64,000 bases of DNA from a virus (IMGVR_UViG_3300024283_000013:2838-66837), one strand, 5' to 3'. Counted from the stretch's first letter, positions 28,824-38,244 are shown. A program made the numbers and translations. Notes: a model not told the origin generated them from the letters alone.

Positions 28824-29859
28824 ACTCTGTATTTAAGAGTTGGTCTATCACCTTCACGGGAATATCGCGGAACCCGGTGATCGGCATGCCGGCGTAGTCC
28901 TTGATGGACAGCAGCACGTTGCGATCGCGGAGCGCCTGGATGTCCATGGCGTGGCGGACGGTGCGGTTGCAGTAGTAGACCGGGTGGACGCCGTAGTCGT
29001 CGAGCGGCGCGTCGGTCTTGGTGATGCCGGACGTGGTGCGCGTGAGCTTCGGGAACAGCAGTTCCATCTGGCCCATGGCAACGAACAGGTCCGGCGGCGT
29101 CGGGCCGAACAAGCCGACCGAGCCGTTGGTGGTGTCGAGGTTGGCGTAGCGCACGCAGTAGCGCCAGTCCTTCGGGCACAGGCCGGACTGCTGGCGGAAC
29201 CATGAGGTATAGGCTTCGAAGCGATTGCCCAGCGAATCGAAGCCCGGGGTCACATCGCCCTTGTCCTCCATGTCCAGGCCGGCGCGGCTGCCCTCCGGGA
29301 AGACGCCGAAGATCGCCTCCGGGCCCCAGCCGATCAGCCACATCGAGGCGTTCGAGGAGCCCGACCCGCCGCCGCTGAGCACGTTCGCCGCGTTCTGCGC
29401 CGTCGTCGTGGTCAGGGTGTTGTAGAACGGCGAGAAGCCCATGAACTCGAGCGGCTGCTGGACCGAGTTGCCGTACAGGAAGGTGGCGACGATGGTCTGC
29501 GCCATGCCCTCGAGGAAGGCTGCGTCCTCGCTCTCGCGGAAGCGCTCCTTGTCGCCCGAATGCTCGGCGAGCGCCCGGTCGACCTGCGAGTAGTCCTCGA
29601 GCATGCCCATGTCGACCGTCGCCTTGGCCGTGGTGCTCTTGGAGTAGGGCACGCCCATGTTGTAGCCGCGCCACGAACCGGCGGGGATGGACGTGCGGAA
29701 GACGAACTCGTGCTTGGTGCGGCCGTTGGCCTTCACCCACGGGACGTCATCGTAGAAATCGTTGCACTGGGACAACATCTCCGCGATGACCGGGATCTTC
29801 CCTTCCGGATCCAGCCGGGAAGACACGTCGATCAGGGTAGGCCACGAGCCTGTCTCCAT
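28810..29859 (-). CDS. Major capsid protein (BPP-1 Bbp17-like, HK97 fold)
   Basis: PTLIDVSSRLDPEGK...IAEMLSQCN...RTSIP...WRGYN.GV..SKSTT...EDAAFLEGMAQ...DWRYCVRYAN. Confidence 0.9.
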   Translation of the reverse strand: METGSWPTLIDVSSRLDPEGKIPVIAEMLSQCNDFYDDVPWVKANGRTKHEFVFRTSIPAGSWRGYNMGVPYSKSTTAKATVDMGMLEDYSQVDRALAEHSGDKERFRESEDAAFLEGMAQTIVATFLYGNSVQQPLEFMGFSPFYNTLTTTTAQNAANVLSGGGSGSSNASMWLIGWGPEAIFGVFPEGSRAGLDMEDKGDVTPGFDSLGNRFEAYTSWFRQQSGLCPKDWRYCVRYANLDTTNGSVGLFGPTPPDLFVAMGQMELLFPKLTRTTSGITKTDAPLDDYGVHPVYYCNRTVRHAMDIQALRDRNVLLSIKDYAGMPITGFRDIPVKVIDQLLNTESTVA

Positions 29860-29884
29860 TTCAGATTCTCCTCTTGATCATGGC

Positions 29885-30838
29885 TCAACCGTTCCGGTTG
29901 TTGGGGGAGGTCGGGTGATCGTAAACGATCTGCCGCCGCGTTCGCTGGCCGCGCCCGGCATCAGGCGGCGCCTTGATTTGGTCGTGCGGGACGTCGCTGG
30001 CCTGGCGCTCGTCGAGGTAGCGCGCCGCATTGTGCAGCATCTTCCAGAAGACAGGGTGATCGCCCGAGCCGGTGAGCCGGAAGAACTTGTCGGCCTCGAC
30101 CGCGTCACGGCGGTACTGCTCGCTGCCCGGGGGCGCCGAACTGATCAGCTTGTCGCGCATGCGGGCGACCGTCTTGACGGTGGTCTGGAAGCCACTGCCG
30201 CCAAGCTCCTCGTCGCTCATGATCTGCTTCTGCCAGTCCATGCGGGTCTGGTTAAAGACCTTGTGCTGGCGCTCGGTAGTCGCCTGCGCGAAGTCGGCCA
30301 TCGCCTTCTTATGGAAGTCGACCAGCGGCTGGGCATTGCTGGGATCGACCCGCAAGCCATCGAGTATGCCGTGGAACTCGGTACGGCGCGTGTCGTCGAG
30401 CGCCAATTCCTCGCCCAGGTCGTACTTGTACTCGACCGGCGCCGGCTTCTCCGGTTCGACCGGCGTCTCGACCTTCGGCGCTTCTGCAGGCTTCTCGGCT
30501 TCGACCTTCGCTGGCTCGGCAGGCTTGGTCTCTGCCGGCTTCTCCGGCTCGGCTTTCGGCGGCTCTTCGACCTTCGCGGGCTCTTCGACCTTCGGCGGCT
30601 CCTCGACCGAACCCGGCGCCTTCGCCTGCTCGAGCAGCGACGGCATCTCGGAGACGGTGGCCGGAACCTCCGGCTCTGCCTTGGTCTCGGCCGGCGGCGC
30701 CGACACGGTTTCAGGCGAAACAGGAGTCGATTGCGGCGGCGTAGCCTCGGCGACGACCGGCGCGGGATCGGCGCGCGGCGGCGGGTCGGGGATGCCCGGC
30801 GTGGCCAGTTCGGCGCCAGTGACGACTGGATCGGCCAT
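29885..30838 (-). CDS. Capsid scaffolding protein
   Basis: Pro/Glu/Lys-rich repeats (EEPPKVEEPAKVEEPPK), helical core, GSGDHPVFWKMLHN motif, immediately upstream of the capsid gene. Confidence 0.8.
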   Translation of the reverse strand: MADPVVTGAELATPGIPDPPPRADPAPVVAEATPPQSTPVSPETVSAPPAETKAEPEVPATVSEMPSLLEQAKAPGSVEEPPKVEEPAKVEEPPKAEPEKPAETKPAEPAKVEAEKPAEAPKVETPVEPEKPAPVEYKYDLGEELALDDTRRTEFHGILDGLRVDPSNAQPLVDFHKKAMADFAQATTERQHKVFNQTRMDWQKQIMSDEELGGSGFQTTVKTVARMRDKLISSAPPGSEQYRRDAVEADKFFRLTGSGDHPVFWKMLHNAARYLDERQASDVPHDQIKAPPDAGRGQRTRRQIVYDHPTSPNNRNG

Positions 30839-31218
30839 CAGACCGCTACCTGCTGAAAGCGGGCATCATTCTCGCTGAGCATCAGCATGACGTTCGCCGG
30901 CTCCTTGATGTGCCAGGACTGGTAGAGACGCTGACCCAGCATCTTCTCGCCCAGCTTGAAGAAGGTCTCGTGCGGGTCGGGGAAACCGACGGGCCCGAAG
31001 GAAAACCGCTCGTCGAAGGTGTGCGCTTCCTGGAGGATGCCCCACAGAAGGCGGCGTCCGGCCGCGCTATCCATGACCATCCGAAAGAACTCGCGGTCCT
31101 CGCGCGACTGACGCTGCTTGCGCGTCTCGCGACGCTTGCGCTGCTCCTCGTCGACCGCCGACGGCGCACCGGGATCGATGCCGTCCTTATCCTGTTCGCC
31201 TTCGGCTTGGTCGCTCAT
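30838..31218 (-). CDS. Conserved head-module protein (Bbp19-like)
   Basis: Start re-assigned to ATG 31218; FRMVMDSAAGRRLLWGIL...DPHETFFKLGEKMLG. Confidence 0.7.
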   Translation of the reverse strand: MSDQAEGEQDKDGIDPGAPSAVDEEQRKRRETRKQRQSREDREFFRMVMDSAAGRRLLWGILQEAHTFDERFSFGPVGFPDPHETFFKLGEKMLGQRLYQSWHIKEPANVMLMLSENDARFQQVAV

Positions 31219-31664
31219 TGCAGCAGCACCGACTTCGGGACGATCAGGCCGCTCGGCACCTGCACCATGCGATTTTCGGGCTCGTACTTCGGCTGCGCCG
31301 GCAGGATGGTCCCGCGCACGCCGGTCGACCGATCCTTCATGAGCTGCGTGGCCGCCAGCATCATCGTCATGTTCTCGGCCAAAAGCTCGAACATGCGGCC
31401 CTTGGTCTTGAAGCGGAGCCAGTCCCCGCACTTTTTGTGGCAGTCGGCGGCATAGCGGCCGATCGGCAGCCAACGCGCATCGTCGCGCCACATGGACGCC
31501 TGGCGGCAGGCGCCTTCGATCAGCATCAGGTGCTCGCGCAGGCGCACGTAGCGCTGGCCCTTGATACGGTTCGGCTGGATGGCCAATGCCCTGCAATGCT
31601 CGGCAGCCTCGCGGAACGAGGCGATCAGCCGGTCGAAGATTTCGACTTCGGTCAGGGCGCTCAC
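31215..31664 (-). CDS. Hypothetical protein, first gene of the scaffold/capsid unit
   Basis: Well-formed ORF coupled to the next gene. Confidence 0.65.
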   Translation of the reverse strand: MSALTEVEIFDRLIASFREAAEHCRALAIQPNRIKGQRYVRLREHLMLIEGACRQASMWRDDARWLPIGRYAADCHKKCGDWLRFKTKGRMFELLAENMTMMLAATQLMKDRSTGVRGTILPAQPKYEPENRMVQVPSGLIVPKSVLLQ

Positions 31665-31763
31665 CCGCGCACTATGGGTGCAGCGCCGCGCGTTCTCTCA
31701 TAACGGGATGCAATCCACGCAGAGCAACTGTATGCTTCTGCACTCCCGCTAAATGAGGATAAA

Positions 31764-31973
31764 ATGCCCGAGATCGAATATATCTCCAGAAAGGCGGCCT
31801 CGCGCTACCTGCGGGAGCAGGGGTTTCCGGTCAGCCCGACGACGCTGGCGATCTGGGCGTGCACAGGTGAAGGGCCGCCCTACTACCGCTATCGCAACCG
31901 CTTGATCCTCTACCGCAAGAGCGAACTGGACCAATGGCGCGACAGTCAACTGCGCCGCGTCGACGTCGAATGA
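31764..31973 (+). CDS. AlpA/excisionase-like winged-HTH DNA-binding protein
   Basis: SRKAASRYL...SPTTLAIW...GEGPPYYR...ILYRKSELDQW. Confidence 0.8.
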   Translation: MPEIEYISRKAASRYLREQGFPVSPTTLAIWACTGEGPPYYRYRNRLILYRKSELDQWRDSQLRRVDVE

Positions 31974-32063
31974 ATATCAAATCAGTCCTTTTGATATTCA
32001 TTTTCGCAGATGGTGCCGCCGACTTCCTGCGGTCATAGTGAGTAAACCTCACTAGGCACCAAG

Positions 32064-32531
32064 ATGACCGACGACGACGAACGCCCTCTCCGCTGGCTCA
32101 TCCAGATCATCTTCTATTACTTCGTCGTCTCCCTCATCAGTTTCGCCTTCATGATCGTCGCCGCGACGTGGTGGCTCGCCCACGCCGAAGACTGCCAGGA
32201 GGGCGCCTACGGCTGCGGCCACCAAGAGAACCACGAGAAGTACAAGAACTGGAATGCTCGCCCGATGAGCCGAGACGGCAAGCCGACCAAGGACGGCAAC
32301 TGCTGCAACGGCGAGGATTGCCGCCCGGTGCGCGCCCGCCAAGGTCTCGACGGCGGGTGGGAATTCTGGCTACCAGAGTGGGGGAAGTGGGTCGCGGTCC
32401 CCCAGGATGCCGTCGACCAGCCAGACCGCTTCCACGACGGCCGCAGCCACGCCTGCACCTCGACGCTGAGCCCGCTTCTCCCCGGCAATATTCGCGTCTA
32501 CTGCTTCAGCCCCGCCCAGCAGAAAAGCTGA
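32064..32531 (+). CDS. Membrane-anchored Cys-rich periplasmic protein (moron)
   Basis: N-terminal TM helix; CCNGEDCRPV...DGRSHAC...VYCF. Confidence 0.7.
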   Translation: MTDDDERPLRWLIQIIFYYFVVSLISFAFMIVAATWWLAHAEDCQEGAYGCGHQENHEKYKNWNARPMSRDGKPTKDGNCCNGEDCRPVRARQGLDGGWEFWLPEWGKWVAVPQDAVDQPDRFHDGRSHACTSTLSPLLPGNIRVYCFSPAQQKS

Positions 32532-32569
32532 AAAGAAAAGCCGCCCGACGAGGGAAATGCCGAGCGGCT
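32531..32569 (-). terminator. Rho-independent terminator ending the terL-portal transcript
   Basis: Minus strand AGCCGCTCGGC-9nt-GTCGGGCGGCT followed by TTTCTTTT. Confidence 0.7.
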
Positions 32570-32630
32570 GAAGGCAGGGGAAGACACCCTTTTGGGCCCG
32601 CTCACCATACACGCATCGGCGGGGGATAAC

Positions 32631-32774
32631 TCAGCGCCCGAGCGGCAGCGAATTCAGAAGCGCGATCAGGCACAGCAGCAGCACCGGGATCCATAGCGGG
32701 CATTTCCCCAGCGCGTTGGCGATCGTGAGGATGAACGCCGTGATCGCCAGCAGCAGGTAAATCGTGAGCAGCAT
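32631..32774 (-). CDS. 47-aa two-TM membrane protein
   Basis: Hand-translated MLLTIYLLLAITAFILTIANALGKCPLWIPVLLLCLIALLNSLPLGR; TGATG coupling. Confidence 0.6.
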   Translation of the reverse strand: MLLTIYLLLAITAFILTIANALGKCPLWIPVLLLCLIALLNSLPLGR

Positions 32775-32932
32775 CACCGACCTCCCTCGAACGCGGCATT
32801 GAGCGCAGCAGCGGCCGCACGCTCCTCCAACTCTCGATCTTCTAACAACGCCCGCTCACAGGTGAGGCGGCGCGCGTGAAGCCGGCCGCAGCGTAGGCAC
32901 TTGACGACGAGATCATCCTCAGTGATCGGCAT
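32774..32932 (-). CDS. Small CxxC hypothetical protein
   Basis: MPITEDDLVVKCLRCGRLH; TGATG coupling to the portal stop. Confidence 0.55.
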   Translation of the reverse strand: MPITEDDLVVKCLRCGRLHARRLTCERALLEDRELEERAAAAALNAAFEGGR

Positions 32933-34782
32933 CACCGACCTCCAGGCGCTCCGGTCAACTGATCGAGCACCGTTCCGTTGCCAAGCGGCGTCTTCCCAAG
33001 GATCCCCGCCGCCTGCACACCCGCCATCGCGTCCTGCCGACCTTCCACGCCTTGATGCGCCTTGGCGATCTCCGCCGCCCGCGCCGCGTCGTGTTCCTTC
33101 ACCTCGTCCGGGGTGTAGAGCAGGTGCACCTTCTGGTGCGTCGCCTTGGCGAAGTCGCGAGCCCACTGCTCGAGGTTCACGATGCGCAACGGGTCGGGCA
33201 GAGTGGCCGCCTTCGCCGCCGCCGATGCCGCGCCCATGCCGGTGATGAAGTCCTTCAGGCCGACCGCCTCGCTGGCCTGAAGCGCCAGGCGGATGATCGA
33301 AGTGTAGTTGATCTTGAGCGGCACGCCCTGCAGGGACGGCGGCACCGGCGGGAACATCCCGCGCCGCATCATGATGGCGAAGATGCGCTGGAGCGCCGGA
33401 GACGCCCCCTCGCGCTCGAACAGTTCGATCACCGGCCCGAGTCGCATCAACCGCTCGAGATCGCGCTTGGTCAGTTCAAGCTCGTTGCGCGGCTGGACGC
33501 CTGCCATCTGGCTGATCGCCAGGAACACGTCGACGAACAGGCACGACTTGATGCGCGCCACCACAGCGGTGATGTCCTGCACCAGCCACTGTAGCCACGC
33601 CGGGTTGACCTCGAACAGCGGCCAGAAGCCTTTCTTGCCGCCCGCGGTATTCATGTAGGTGATGCGCGCCGGGATGATCGACGCCGGCTCGTTCTTTAGC
33701 TCGGGGTCGGCGCCCATCGGCGGCCGGACGCCCTTCTCGATGAACTCCGCCTTGCGAAGCTCCTCCATCTGCACTTGCTTGTTGTCGCCGAGGGCGTTCA
33801 TGCAGGGCGAGCGGCCATAGGGCTCGTTGCTCGCCACCGCCCACCGCGGCGCCACGAACGGCTTCTCATGGAAGCCCCGGATCGACAACGGCTTCTCGCC
33901 CTTGTTGCCGCGCAGCCAGTAGGTCTCCCGCCACGCGAAGCTACTTGGGATCGGCCGCACCTTATCGCGCTGCCCGGGAGAGCCGACCGCAAAGTTGGGC
34001 TCGACCGAATGGCAGATCACCACCTCGGTGTCGATCGACCCACCCTTGGTCTTCCACATCTGCTGGATTTCCGCCGGCACGTTCTCCAGGCCGAAGAACT
34101 CGATCACCTGCAGGATGGTCTGCACGTACTCGCGATTGAGCGTGTCGATGGTGAGCCGCGCGCCGGCCCCCAGGTAGTATTCGCCCGGGCACGGCTGGTA
34201 GAGGCGGATCACCTCCTCCATGTCCTCGTAGATCAGGAACGGCGCGGTGCCGAAGACCACCAGATCTTCGCACACCTGCGGCATGACGATGTTCCAGTTC
34301 GACTGGTCGATCACCGTCCGCACCCGTGTGCCCGCATCCTCGAGCCACGTCTTGCCCGCCTGGTCCAGCCTCTCCTGCATGCCGGGCGGCGCCGCCTCGA
34401 ACACGTACCAGGGCCGCGCCGGGTCCATCAGACCCATGAACATGCCGCTGCCGCAGATGCCTACCGCCTGCAAGCCCTCGGAGTTGATGATCTGGTCATT
34501 GATCGGCGCGCCCTTCCACATCCTGTTGGCCACAACTGCCAGGAATTGCCACCTTCTTGGCATGAAGAAAGCAGCCAGCAACTGCCAATGAAGCAGCCAT
34601 GCCCAGCGCCACGACCGGAGCGCATTGCGGCGAGCCTCAAGGTGATTGTAGAGCGCGCCCCACCATGGAGCCTCGGGCCGCGGCTTGGCGTAGTCCGTCT
34701 CCGGCTCGTCCGCCAGGAGAGAGGGGCCCATGATCTCGTAATGAGCGAACCCCGGATTGCGAACGGGAGAGCCGTCGGGCAT
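32932..34782 (-). CDS. Portal (head-to-tail connector, T7 gp8/Bbp21 family)
   Basis: LMDPARPW, DLVVFGTA, YGRSPCMNALGD.KQ, RLMRLGPVIE, IVNLEQWARDFA; 616 aa. Confidence 0.9.
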   Translation of the reverse strand: MPDGSPVRNPGFAHYEIMGPSLLADEPETDYAKPRPEAPWWGALYNHLEARRNALRSWRWAWLLHWQLLAAFFMPRRWQFLAVVANRMWKGAPINDQIINSEGLQAVGICGSGMFMGLMDPARPWYVFEAAPPGMQERLDQAGKTWLEDAGTRVRTVIDQSNWNIVMPQVCEDLVVFGTAPFLIYEDMEEVIRLYQPCPGEYYLGAGARLTIDTLNREYVQTILQVIEFFGLENVPAEIQQMWKTKGGSIDTEVVICHSVEPNFAVGSPGQRDKVRPIPSSFAWRETYWLRGNKGEKPLSIRGFHEKPFVAPRWAVASNEPYGRSPCMNALGDNKQVQMEELRKAEFIEKGVRPPMGADPELKNEPASIIPARITYMNTAGGKKGFWPLFEVNPAWLQWLVQDITAVVARIKSCLFVDVFLAISQMAGVQPRNELELTKRDLERLMRLGPVIELFEREGASPALQRIFAIMMRRGMFPPVPPSLQGVPLKINYTSIIRLALQASEAVGLKDFITGMGAASAAAKAATLPDPLRIVNLEQWARDFAKATHQKVHLLYTPDEVKEHDAARAAEIAKAHQGVEGRQDAMAGVQAAGILGKTPLGNGTVLDQLTGAPGGR

Positions 34783-35094
34783 TTACGCCTGGCCCGAGAG
34801 CGTCTTCGCCCCACCTGTCGTTGCCGGGTTGGGAGCACCCTGCGGCGACGTCGCGACCGTCCCGCCGAACCCTGCCACTGCGCCCGCGGCGCCCGCAGCC
34901 GCCGCCCTGATGGCCGCCGCTGCCGCCTGTGAGCTTGCCCCCTGGATCGCCGGTGGCGACGGAGGCGCGACAGCCGGAGGTGGCGGAGGCGGAGGCGGCG
35001 TGATGCCTTGCGACGACTGGTTGATGATCGTCTGTCCCGGGCCGCCGCCCAAGAGGCTGCCGATCGCGCCGGTCAACGAGCTTACGAAGGACAC
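34783..35094 (-). CDS. Small Pro/Ala/Gly-rich protein preceding the portal
   Basis: Poly-Pro; C-terminal KTLSG resembling the KTLLG tail of pre-portal proteins of BPP-1-like phages. Confidence 0.65.
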   Translation of the reverse strand: MSFVSSLTGAIGSLLGGGPGQTIINQSSQGITPPPPPPPPAVAPPSPPAIQGASSQAAAAAIRAAAAGAAGAVAGFGGTVATSPQGAPNPATTGGAKTLSGQA

Positions 35095-35303
35095 TTTCCC
35101 CGCCCTCCATGAAGGAACTCGCCTTCCTGCTGCGTCACCCGGAAGGCCTGCAGGGCACAGCCCTTGAAGCGCTCCCGCGTCACCGTGCAGGACGCCTTGG
35201 CCTTGGTGCGCAAGTCACCGAAGTTGGTGGCCTTCAGCACGATGTAGAAGCCGGTGCGCGGTTCGAACCTGGGTTGTTCGGGGTAAAACCCGTCGTCGGT
35301 CAT
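35082..35303 (-). CDS. Hypothetical protein
   Basis: ORF between terL and the pre-portal gene. Confidence 0.5.
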   Translation of the reverse strand: MTDDGFYPEQPRFEPRTGFYIVLKATNFGDLRTKAKASCTVTRERFKGCALQAFRVTQQEGEFLHGGRGKCPS

Positions 35304-35366
35304 GGAGCCTACCGGGAATTGCAGTCGATGCCCGCACGATACCGACGGCTTGGCAGATTGTCCATT

Positions 35367-36848
35367 TTACCGATAGGGATTGTATTCCGTCTCCGCCATG
35401 TAGCGCGAGACATCCTGCGTCGCGAAGGGGTTCCAGTTCCCCGCCGCCGCATCCCGCATCGGAGTCCGCTGCCGATCCTTCGGTTGCACCGGCTCGGCGA
35501 ACGTCAAGGCCGCCGCATCCGCCTCGTCCGGAGAGAAGCCCAGCCGGTCCTTTATCTGCTCCTTCTCCTCGAGTTGCAGACGATCATGCTTATGGAAGTA
35601 GGTGGTCTTGACCAAGGCTTCTCGCAGGTTGGCGTCATCAGGAATGGCGCCGCCCATGCGTATCCACTCGACGAGCTTGAAGTACATCTCTGCTCGCTTG
35701 TTCTGGTAGCGCTCCTCGTTGGCTGCCTTGGCCGAGAACTTCACCGGGATGGCCTGGCGGCCGAGCACTGTGAGCTGATCGATCCATGTGAAGCCGAATC
35801 CGCCAGTCGCATCGACGAACACCGCATCGGCGTCGAACTCCGCCCAGATCCGGTTGGTGACCGCTGCGCCTTCGATGCCGGTGATGTTGCGATAGCGATC
35901 CAAGGGGAACATCTGGATGCCCTGCCGACGACAGATGACCGAGGCGTCCAAACCTTCGCGGGCGACGTCGATGCCAAGGATGCGAGCGACGTTGGCGATT
36001 TCGTGCGCTCGATAGTACCGCTTCTGGGCAGAAACCACCTCCTCCTCAGAGATCAGCGTGTTGATGGTTCCGCCGGGGAACTTGCCCAGCACGTTCACCA
36101 TCACAAACGGGTTCTCGCGTCCGTAGGCTCTTATCTGCGAGCGGGCCCACTCGATATCGACACGAGAGCAACGGCCGGGGTCATCGGGATCACCGGAGAT
36201 TTCGATCACCTCCCAGCGGCCACCGTCTTGCTTCCGATCTTTGTGCGCGCCGTAGAGCATCCCGTTGATGTCGGTCGGATTGCCAGCCTGGATGATCTTG
36301 CACTCCAAGCCGGTCGAAAGAGCCGCTTCCGCCGACACACCAACCGCTGGCGGGATGCTTCCGGATTCATCGATCACGAAAAGCGTGTAGTCGGCATGAA
36401 GGCCGGCGAGCGTATCGGCCTGCTCCTTCGAATTTCCAGTCTTCGGCCATGTGCGAGCACTAATAAACCAATTTTGCGGCTCACTGCGCATCACGACGCG
36501 CTTGCTGTTCCACTCCAAAAGGCTGTCGATCAAGGGGCTTGCCTTGATCCATTTCGCCAGTTCTGCCCATAGATTGTCGCGAAGATTGTTCCCGTCGACC
36601 GAGGTGCAGGCGATCTTGGCGTAGGGGCGCGTCACCATGAAGTTCAAGCACAGCAACGCAAGCAGCGCCGTCTTTCCCACCCCCTTCGAAGCAAGGAGCG
36701 CGAGCATCGACGTCGACGGGAAAGATTCCAGCGCCTTCGCCTGCCACGGCTCGGGAGTAAAATCGAACAGTTCTTTGACAAAAGCGATCGGACTGAGGCG
36801 CCACCGAACGAAGGCGTCCGTCATAACGGCACGATCAGATGCCTTCAT
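35367..36848 (-). CDS. terL: Terminase large subunit
   Basis: True start ATG 36848 (ATGA with HNH stop); Walker A ASKGVGKT, Walker B FVIDESG, GNPT motif III, nuclease ILGIDVAREGLD and SPDEADA. Confidence 0.95.
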   Translation of the reverse strand: MKASDRAVMTDAFVRWRLSPIAFVKELFDFTPEPWQAKALESFPSTSMLALLASKGVGKTALLALLCLNFMVTRPYAKIACTSVDGNNLRDNLWAELAKWIKASPLIDSLLEWNSKRVVMRSEPQNWFISARTWPKTGNSKEQADTLAGLHADYTLFVIDESGSIPPAVGVSAEAALSTGLECKIIQAGNPTDINGMLYGAHKDRKQDGGRWEVIEISGDPDDPGRCSRVDIEWARSQIRAYGRENPFVMVNVLGKFPGGTINTLISEEEVVSAQKRYYRAHEIANVARILGIDVAREGLDASVICRRQGIQMFPLDRYRNITGIEGAAVTNRIWAEFDADAVFVDATGGFGFTWIDQLTVLGRQAIPVKFSAKAANEERYQNKRAEMYFKLVEWIRMGGAIPDDANLREALVKTTYFHKHDRLQLEEKEQIKDRLGFSPDEADAAALTFAEPVQPKDRQRTPMRDAAAGNWNPFATQDVSRYMAETEYNPYR

Positions 36849-37354
36849 GCCATCCTCGCGAAATCGCCGAAATATCTCACCGCTGCAGCGGCGTATGCCG
36901 CATGAGCCTCTTCCGGTGTGTCGTAAAGACCCAGCTTCATCTTTTCCCCTCGCACACAGATGAGGGCGGTCCATCTCTTGTAGCCATGCCCTTTATGAAC
37001 GCCCTTGAAGCCAGTGCTGTTGTTCTTGTTGGGGCCGCGGTTGGCGTGGTTCTGGCTGCTCGTAGCAAGCCGCAGGTTGGCCCAACGGTTATTCGACTTG
37101 ACCGTATCCCGATGGTCTACCTGCTTGGGCCACTCTCCAGTCACATAAAACCATGCAAGCCGGTGAGCCAAGTAAAACGTGCCGTCAACCTTTATCGTGC
37201 GATAGCCTTTGATGTGATCTGTGCCCGCTATCGTCCCGGCCCGAAGCCCGGGACGGGCCACCCGCCAGACGAACTCCCCCGTGTTGGGATCATAGGATAG
37301 CGCTTCGCGAAGTCGTTCGAGAGAAATCGCCTCGCGCTTGTCGCTGATCTTCAT
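36845..37354 (-). CDS. HNH-AP2 endonuclease
   Basis: AHRLAWFYVTGEWP..VDHRD.VKSNNRWANLR plus AP2 domain GFKGV...W.A.I...KLGLYDTPEEAHAAY. Confidence 0.9.
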   Translation of the reverse strand: MKISDKREAISLERLREALSYDPNTGEFVWRVARPGLRAGTIAGTDHIKGYRTIKVDGTFYLAHRLAWFYVTGEWPKQVDHRDTVKSNNRWANLRLATSSQNHANRGPNKNNSTGFKGVHKGHGYKRWTALICVRGEKMKLGLYDTPEEAHAAYAAAAVRYFGDFARMA

Positions 37355-37378
37355 GCAGGAGAGTCTACCAGACTTTGG

Positions 37379-38014
37379 TCAGGAAGCCGCGGCCGTCACG
37401 TCGAACTTGCCGACCTCGTTGCCCCAGCTATCCCAGCCGGGGCGCGTCTGGCGGGCGAACAGCTCAAGGTATGGTCCGGCGGCGTACTGCATCGCGCGGC
37501 GATAGAACTCGTCAGGCTTTCGGCTGTGCTCGCGCACTGGCGACAGGATGATTTCGCGCACGCTTTTGCTGAGACGCTTGGCGTTGCCGCGGCGACCGAG
37601 CACAACGAACTCGGCATTCTTCCGTGTCGTGAGCCCAAGGCCGACATGCAGATCCGACTCCATGGTGGCCGTGAGCCGCAGTTGCCGCGTGTCGATCGAC
37701 CGTTTCAGCTTGACCCAAGTGAAGGCCACCGACGAAGGTTTGAATCCCCACGCCTTCATGATCGGGAGGTGTTTACCCTCGACGAACAGCGGCCCGGTAA
37801 TCCACAGCAGAAGATGCGCATCGGGCGCAGCAATATCCTTCACCGGCAATGCCGCGATGTCGTCGACGCCCAGCACGGCGTAGTGCTTCACGACATCGCG
37901 TCGGCTGGTCCAGTTCGACATCTGGAGCGCAGTTCGCGCCCGGAAATGCCAAGGCGGATCCGCGGCGATCATCGCATACTCCCCAGCGCGCGGCAGGCTC
38001 AGCAGGTCGCTCAT
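37379..38014 (-). CDS. MT-A70 family N6-adenine methyltransferase
   Basis: ADPPW catalytic motif; LLLW; REHSRKPDEF; LELFARQTRPGWDSWGNE. Confidence 0.9.
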   Translation of the reverse strand: MSDLLSLPRAGEYAMIAADPPWHFRARTALQMSNWTSRRDVVKHYAVLGVDDIAALPVKDIAAPDAHLLLWITGPLFVEGKHLPIMKAWGFKPSSVAFTWVKLKRSIDTRQLRLTATMESDLHVGLGLTTRKNAEFVVLGRRGNAKRLSKSVREIILSPVREHSRKPDEFYRRAMQYAAGPYLELFARQTRPGWDSWGNEVGKFDVTAAAS

Positions 38015-38017
38015 CGC

Positions 38018-38227
38018 CTAGTAGTGCTTCACGATGGCGAGTTGCTGGAGGGTGGCGCGCTTGGTCGCCCAGTCGACATTGAGGTTGAACTGAATGGTGA
38101 AGCCGTCCTGCGCCGCCTCCTCCATCAGGGCGAGGATCGGCTGGAGCGCCGCCGAGACGCGGGTGCGCAGGTCGGTCGCTATCTCGCGGTCAGGGCGGCC
38201 GGGGATGATAGTCAATGGATCGTTCAT
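38018..38227 (-). CDS. Hypothetical protein
   Basis: Start re-assigned to MNDPL; AGGAAAG SD. Confidence 0.55.
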   Translation of the reverse strand: MNDPLTIIPGRPDREIATDLRTRVSAALQPILALMEEAAQDGFTIQFNLNVDWATKRATLQQLAIVKHY

Positions 38228-38244
38228 AGGTCGTCCTCTTTCCT

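Noticed and set aside
36845-36974. terL N-terminal extension, or intron/intein in terL
   Set aside because: The extra 42 codons overlap the HNH-AP2 gene; the true start is the ATGA-coupled ATG 36848 and all terminase motifs are contiguous.
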